This document shows positions 34,488 to 42,600 of a DNA stretch of 42,600 nt, one piece after another. Below the pieces are notes generated by a model that was not told the origin of the DNA, did not search any database, and was given only the letters and a program-made list of their open reading frames with translations. Each line of letters opens with the position of its first letter. Position 1 is the first letter of the stretch. Made by a program: the position numbers and the translations under genes. The stretch comes from an uncultured Acetatifactor sp. (GTDB lineage: Bacteria > Bacillota > Clostridia > Lachnospirales > Lachnospiraceae), in contig CANPWC010000001.1 of assembly GCA_947581905.1 (NCBI GenBank), forward strand, positions 1-42,600, given 5' to 3'.

Positions 34488-35492
34488 ATGTCATTTCAGT
34501 CACGGGTTCGCAAGAACCCTACAAGCCAGAAACAGCATACGAACCAAGGAGGCGCGCCGTTTGCAGCCGCCCAGGGAGGCGCGCCGCTTGCCGCGCCTCA
34601 TATCGCGCAGGGCCTCCAGGACAAGGAGTTAGGGCGCAACGATCCCTGCTGGTGCGGCAGCGGGAAAAAATATAAGCAGTGCCACGGCCCTTTTGACCAG
34701 CGCCTGAACAGCCTGAGGCTCATGGGGCACATCGTCCCGCATCGTGCGCTGATCAAGACGCCGGAGCAGGTAAAGATGATCCGGGAGAGCGCGAAAGTGA
34801 ACATAGCGGTCCTGGATTATGTGGCGGAGCATATTCAGGCTGGGATCACCACGGAGCAGATCGATCAATGGGTCTACGAGCAGACCACGAAATATCACGC
34901 GATCCCGGCTCCCCTGCACTATGAAGGCTATCCCAAAAGCGTCTGCACCTCTATCAACGAGGTCGTCTGCCATGGGATCCCCTCCCCTGACGTGGTGTTG
35001 AAAGAGGGGGACATCATCAATATTGACGCTTCCACGATCCTGAACGGTTATTTCTCGGATTCCTCCAGGATGTTCTGCATCGGCGAGGTATCCCCGGAGA
35101 AGCGCAGGCTGGTGGAGAAGACCCGCGAATGTATCGACGTGGGGTTAAAGGAAGTGAAGCCTTGGGGCTTTTTGGGCGATATGGGGCAGGCCATCCATGA
35201 CTTTGCCAGACAGAACGGCTATTCCGTCGTCAGGGATATTGGCGGGCATGGCATCGGGCTGGAGTTCCACGAAGACCCGTGGGTCAGCTACGTCTCCAGG
35301 CGCGGCGAGGAGATGGTGATGGCCCCCGGCATGATGTTCACCATTGAGCCTATGGTGAACATGGGGAAAGAGGATATTTTCATTGACGACCAGGACGGCT
35401 GGACCGTTTATACCGAGGATGGGCTGCCCTCCGCGCAGTGGGAGGTCCAGGTGCTGGTGACGGAGGACGGCTACGAGATCATTTCGTATTAA
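34488..35492 (+). CDS. map: type I methionine aminopeptidase with N-terminal SEC-C zinc motif
   Basis: [18 protein letters not shown]; [16 protein letters not shown]...[31 protein letters not shown]. Start codon is uncertain. Confidence 0.9.
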   Translation: MSFQSRVRKNPTSQKQHTNQGGAPFAAAQGGAPLAAPHIAQGLQDKELGRNDPCWCGSGKKYKQCHGPFDQRLNSLRLMGHIVPHRALIKTPEQVKMIRESAKVNIAVLDYVAEHIQAGITTEQIDQWVYEQTTKYHAIPAPLHYEGYPKSVCTSINEVVCHGIPSPDVVLKEGDIINIDASTILNGYFSDSSRMFCIGEVSPEKRRLVEKTRECIDVGLKEVKPWGFLGDMGQAIHDFARQNGYSVVRDIGGHGIGLEFHEDPWVSYVSRRGEEMVMAPGMMFTIEPMVNMGKEDIFIDDQDGWTVYTEDGLPSAQWEVQVLVTEDGYEIISY

Positions 35493-35666
35493 ATCAAAAT
35501 GCCAGGCAGGATGAAAGCAGGCGGGATGAAAATTTGCGAATTCTATTTTCTTTTGTTGAATTTCCGGCCCGTTTGTGTTATCCTTAAAGTAATCCGGAGA
35601 AAGGAGCGCCTTACGGCGTCCGACCGATGGAATCGAATACATACATATTGGAAAGGAGTTTTTCTT

Positions 35667-35840
35667 ATGAAAAAGTATTTCTGCAATCCCTGTGGTTACA
35701 CTTATGACCCTGCGAAAGGCGACCCTGAGCATGGCATCGCTCCCGGAACGGCTTTTGAAGACCTGCCCGATGATTGGGTTTGCCCTGTATGCGGCATTGA
35801 TAAGAGCATGTTCCAGCCTTGCATCGACAATTACAATTAA
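35667..35840 (+). CDS. rubredoxin
   Basis: [13 protein letters not shown]...[18 protein letters not shown]; RBS GAAAGGAG. Confidence 0.95.
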   Translation: MKKYFCNPCGYTYDPAKGDPEHGIAPGTAFEDLPDDWVCPVCGIDKSMFQPCIDNYN

Positions 35841-35900
35841 GGCTTAATTTCGCGAGGCTGCATGATCCATACGTGGCGGACGGCGTTTAGCCGCCCTTAA

Positions 35901-35953
35901 AAGGCAGGCACATTTGCGGGCGGGTTCGCGCCCTGCGGATGTGCCCTCCTTTT
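35901..35953 (+). terminator. stem-loop/terminator after rubredoxin
   Basis: GGCACATTTGCGG...CTGCGGATGTGCC followed by CTCCTTTT. Confidence 0.55.
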
Positions 35954-35984
35954 CATTCTGATCATTTTACTAGGAGAGATTATC

Positions 35985-36884
35985 ATGTCGGGATTGAGGA
36001 GTATTGAAAACGAGCATTTGCGGGTGACGGTGTCCGACCATGGGGCGGAGCTGGCCAGCGTCTATGATAAAGGGTTAGGCTTAGAGAGGATCTGGTGCGC
36101 GGACCCTTCCGTATGGAACCGCCACGCGCCCATCCTTTTCCCGTTTGTGGGCAAGGTAAACGGGGGCGAGTACCGGTATGGGGGAAAGAAGTATGCCATG
36201 AAGTCCCAGCATGGCTTCGCCAGGGACTCGGAGTTTGAATGTGTAAGTGTCGGGCTCGATTCGATTGTGCATCTACTTACGTCGGATGCAAAGACGAGGG
36301 AGGTGTATCCGTTTGATTTCGAGCTGACGGTGACGCATCGTTTTGACCCGCAGAATCCCCGTGTGCTTAAGGTGCAGTGGGAGGTTCGTAACTGCTCGGA
36401 TGGAGAGATGCTGTATTCCATCGGCGCGCATCCGGGCTTTGCGGTCCCCGCGCTGCCGGATGAGTCCAGGTCCATGTATTACCTGTCTTTCCCAGGTAAG
36501 GAGAAGCTTTCCTACATCCTGGTCAGCCCCAAGACCGCCCTGGCGGTGCCGGAGGTTTCTTATGACCTGCCCCTGGAGGGAGGGCTGCTTCCGATCGCGG
36601 ACGATTTGTTTGACCGGGACGCCTTGATTTTTGAAAAAGGACAGGTTGACGTGGTAGGGATCGCCAGGCCGGACAAGTCCCCTTATGTCACCATGCGCTG
36701 CGCGGGCTTCCCGTTCCTGGGCGTCTGGTCCAAGCCCACCGGCCGGTTCGTCTGCCTGGAGCCTTGGCTCGGCAGGACGGACGATGATGGCTTCGCCGGG
36801 GAGCTTCAGGACAAGGCCGGGGAACAGGCGCTTAAGGCTGGCGAGGCCAAGACCTATTCTTATTCCATGGAGTTCCATGCCTGA
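35985..36884 (+). CDS. aldose 1-epimerase family protein (LacX-like)
   Basis: HGAELAS, W.RHAPILFPFVG, QHGFARD, YPFDF, IGAHPGF, FVCLEPW. Confidence 0.9.
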   Translation: MSGLRSIENEHLRVTVSDHGAELASVYDKGLGLERIWCADPSVWNRHAPILFPFVGKVNGGEYRYGGKKYAMKSQHGFARDSEFECVSVGLDSIVHLLTSDAKTREVYPFDFELTVTHRFDPQNPRVLKVQWEVRNCSDGEMLYSIGAHPGFAVPALPDESRSMYYLSFPGKEKLSYILVSPKTALAVPEVSYDLPLEGGLLPIADDLFDRDALIFEKGQVDVVGIARPDKSPYVTMRCAGFPFLGVWSKPTGRFVCLEPWLGRTDDDGFAGELQDKAGEQALKAGEAKTYSYSMEFHA

Positions 36885-36931
36885 GCGTAAGGACGCGAGG
36901 GTTTGGATGGTTTCTGGCAGGGAGGGTTCGG

Positions 36932-37141
36932 ATGAGCGAGGAGCAGAAGAAGAAACTGATCGTGGGCTTGCAGCTTTCCATCGCGCTGTTGTATGTGGCT
37001 TATGCCTTGCGGGCGGAAGCGCACGCGCCCCTGAAAGCGAAAGTCAAGGCCCATAAGAAGCTGGTAAAGCAGGCACAGAAGCAAGTGCTTAAGGAAATGA
37101 AACGGCAGGAGAAAGAAGAGCGGAAGCGTTCTGCCGCATAA
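36932..37141 (+). CDS. small hypothetical protein (one TM, basic helical tail)
   Basis: RBS GGAGG, 69 codons, ends directly at a terminator hairpin. Confidence 0.65.
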   Translation: MSEEQKKKLIVGLQLSIALLYVAYALRAEAHAPLKAKVKAHKKLVKQAQKQVLKEMKRQEKEERKRSAA

Positions 37142-37185
37142 AGGGACCCGCCCGGAGCCGTAAGGCGTCCAGGGCGGGCCTTTCT
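37142..37185. terminator. probable bidirectional terminator
   Basis: CCCGCCCGGAGCC-GTAA-GGCGTCCAGGGCGGG between convergent genes. Confidence 0.65.
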
Positions 37186-37259
37186 ATGCCATTTAGAAAG
37201 AGGGCCAAAATGCCGGTCCTTTTGATGCTGTGCAGCATGGCACCGCGGCTGCGGCCCTT

Positions 37260-40484
<3,225 letters not shown>

Positions 40485-40577
40485 AAGGTTTCCTCCGATC
40501 AGCCGCGCTCGGACGCGGCTTTGTGCTTTTGCAGGTTATTATAGCATGGATCATGGGAAAAAGGAATAGCCTTTTTG

Positions 40578-40607
40578 ACATTGGGGGCGGCGCTCTTTCA
40601 TATATAT
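40578..40607 (+). promoter_or_regulatory. possible sporulation sigma (E/K/G-type) promoter of pdaA-like gene
   Basis: -10-like CATATATAT at 40599-40607 with only a weak -35 (ACATTGG) 14 nt upstream. Confidence 0.35.
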
Positions 40608-40668
40608 GTACAAAAAATAAGGCTGCAGGGCGGACGGGACGGTCGGCCTTGCGGCAGGCGAAAGCGGC

Positions 40669-41559
40669 ATGGGAAGGATAGAGGATTGGAAAAGCCGCCT
40701 GCAGGGCGGGAGGTTTCAAAATTGGAGCGGGAAGCGGCGGGAGGCGGTCCGAAAAGGGGTAAGCCTGGCAGGGAGCGCACTGTTTTTGTTTGCCATGTTT
40801 TTGGCAGGAAGGGGTGTCGGGTACCTGCAGCGAGCGGTAACGGCGGCGCGTATGGACGCGTTCGAGCTTGAGGCGCAGGATTGGGGGCTTGGCTTTGGCG
40901 AAGCGGGGACGCGTCCCGCGGGCAACGCCTCAGCGGAGGAGTTGGCCGGGTACGACGCTTATTACATAGGGGCGGATGGGGAGAAAAAGATTTACCTGAC
41001 GTTCGACTGTGGATATGAAAACGGGAATACGCCGGCCATCCTGGACGCTTTGGGCAAGCATGGCGTCAAGGCGACCTTTTTCGTGGTGGGGCATTACCTG
41101 GAATCCGCGCCGGACCTGGTGAAACGCATGGTGGAAGAGGGGCATACGGTGGGAAACCATACCTACCATCACCCGGACATGGCATCCATTTCGGACCGGG
41201 ACGCGTTCCAGAAAGAATTGGACGGCGTGGCCGAGGCTTACCGGGAGCTGACCGGCAAGGAGATCTCCCCTTACTACCGGCCTCCCCAGGGCAAATACAG
41301 CAAGGAAAACCTGCAGATGGCAAAGGACCTGGGTTACAGCACTTTCTTCTGGAGCCTGGCCTATGTGGACTGGAACGTGGACGACCAGCCGGACCGGGAA
41401 GAAGCGTTTGAAAAGCTGCTTGGGCGCGTCCATCCGGGCGCGGTGGTCCTGCTGCACAACACATCGAAGACCAACGGCGAAATCCTGGATGAACTCCTGG
41501 GCAAATGGGAAGAGATGGGATATACTTTCGGCACCTTGGGGGAGATTTGCGGGAAATAA
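40669..41559 (+). CDS. pdaA: polysaccharide deacetylase, PdaA-like (spore cortex muramic delta-lactam)
   Basis: TM anchor, WGL.F, IYLTFDCGYENG, GNHTYHHP, RPPQG, FWSLAYVDW, HPGAVVLLH. Confidence 0.85.
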   Translation: MGRIEDWKSRLQGGRFQNWSGKRREAVRKGVSLAGSALFLFAMFLAGRGVGYLQRAVTAARMDAFELEAQDWGLGFGEAGTRPAGNASAEELAGYDAYYIGADGEKKIYLTFDCGYENGNTPAILDALGKHGVKATFFVVGHYLESAPDLVKRMVEEGHTVGNHTYHHPDMASISDRDAFQKELDGVAEAYRELTGKEISPYYRPPQGKYSKENLQMAKDLGYSTFFWSLAYVDWNVDDQPDREEAFEKLLGRVHPGAVVLLHNTSKTNGEILDELLGKWEEMGYTFGTLGEICGK

Positions 41560-41596
41560 AAGGGCACGGGTGAAATTGTTTTTAAAATATTTTTAC

Positions 41597-41635
41597 AAAA
41601 AGGGACCGGGGCGGAATCTTCCGCCCCGGCTTTCT
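41597..41635. terminator. bidirectional terminator
   Basis: AAAAAGGGA-CCGGGGCGGAA-TC-TTCCGCCCCGG-CTTTCT between convergent pdaA and hsp20. Confidence 0.8.
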
Positions 41636-41671
41636 GAAACTTCTGAAACGTTGGACCAAGTTGTAGATGGC

Positions 41672-42139
41672 TTACCCTTCTATGGAAATGTATTTCTTGG
41701 ACTCGACAGCTTTCTTCTCCGCTTTCGGCAGGGACAGCTTCAGGATGCCGTCCTCATACTTCGCGTGGATTTCCTCTTCCGTAAGATCTTCCCCGACGTA
41801 GAAGCTTCTGCTCATGCTGCCCGCATAACGCTCCCTGCGGATATAACGACCGTTCTTATCCTGCTCGTCCTTGTCGATGCCCTTTGTGGCGGACACGGTC
41901 AAGCAGCCATTTTCAAGCTGGAGCTTCAGGTCTTCCTTCTTAAAGCCAGGCAGGTCGATGTCTACTTCATAGCCGTTGTCAGTCTCACGGACGTCGGTCT
42001 TCATCATGTTCTTCGCATGCTTCCCGTACAAGGGGTTCTTTTCATTGCCGTGGCCGTTGTCCCAGAAATCTTTTCCAAAAGGAAAATCGTCAAACCAATC
42101 ATCAAACAAACTCTCTCCAAACACGCTAGGTACTAACAT
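41672..42139 (-). CDS. Hsp20/alpha-crystallin small heat-shock protein
   Basis: MKTDVRET..Y..DIDLPGFKKED, RRERYAGSMSRSFYV, AKYEDGILKLSLPK; RBS GAAAGGAG. Confidence 0.95.
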   Translation of the reverse strand: MLVPSVFGESLFDDWFDDFPFGKDFWDNGHGNEKNPLYGKHAKNMMKTDVRETDNGYEVDIDLPGFKKEDLKLQLENGCLTVSATKGIDKDEQDKNGRYIRRERYAGSMSRSFYVGEDLTEEEIHAKYEDGILKLSLPKAEKKAVESKKYISIEG

Positions 42140-42338
42140 AATGCTCTCCTTTCCTGATGACCTCTGTCATCAAACCAAATTTATCGGACCATCGTCGGCT
42201 TGTGTATCGCCGGATCCTTGTAGCATGTCCGGAAGCTTCCGAACATGTTGCTGTTACAGTTAGAACATTTCCAGGAAGCGACTTTTTTATTCGGAAGAAG
42301 TTTTCCTTGCGTCTTTCCTGTTCCCTTGTTCTAGATGC

Positions 42339-42367
42339 AATATAACATATATTATTAGCACTGTCAA
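42339..42367 (-). promoter_or_regulatory. sigma-A promoter of hsp20
   Basis: Minus strand reads TTGACA-17 nt-TATATT. Confidence 0.8.
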
Positions 42368-42381
42368 GGGGTGAGTGCTAA
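42355..42381. promoter_or_regulatory. CIRCE element (HrcA operator)
   Basis: TTAGCACTG-TCAAGGGGT-GAGTGCTAA has one mismatch to TTAGCACTC-N9-GAGTGCTAA and overlaps the -35 box. Confidence 0.92.
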
Positions 42382-42600
42382 AACAATGATTAAGCATTTC
42401 TAAAAATACCATTAAATGGGGCTTTTCAAGGAGTGTAATTTCCTTGATATGTCCATATGCAGAACCTATAAATATAGCCGTCTAATTTTTCGCATTACAT
42501 CTATAGTCTCCTATTGATAAATATGATATAATTCTTAAGGAAAGTATCAGATTCAGGGCAGGAAGAAACGGGCAGCCCTGCATAATGCCGAGCTGCCCTG

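Noticed and set aside
42553-42600. GC-rich inverted repeat at the window end
   Set aside because: Truncated by the window edge, so it cannot be assigned.

Overview
GC-rich chromosomal segment from a spore-forming Clostridia, probably Lachnospiraceae-like (inferred from gene content and sigma-A/sigma-E promoters). Both flanks are housekeeping or sporulation DNA. Left flank: tRNA-Gln(CUG), acyl-ACP thioesterase, cvfB-like, CdaR-type regulator, ftsEX-M23 hydrolase-S41 protease, cobO and a Csp-type subtilase. Right flank: putative 6S-like RNA, SEC-C methionine aminopeptidase, rubredoxin, aldose epimerase, carB, pdaA-like deacetylase and CIRCE-controlled hsp20. The centre (about 10.1-34.2 kb) holds an XRE regulator followed by one apparent 22-kb operon. 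It joins a Tad/Flp pilus (TadZ/A/B/C, Flp, two TadE-like pilins, a 1270-aa TadG-like pilin, prepilin peptidase) to a WG-repeat protein, an FHA protein, a PP2C phosphatase, two small membrane proteins, a receptor Ser/Thr kinase and a LysM surface protein. The most striking signal is one TadE-like minor pilin whose C-terminal domain aligns by eye with CdiA-CT EC869-type PD-(D/E)xK nuclease toxins but has a degenerate active site. The working hypothesis is a threonine-phosphorylation-gated Tad pilus that displays a nuclease-fold tip. All family assignments come from motif recognition only; no searches were run. No CRISPR array, transposase or integrase was seen.
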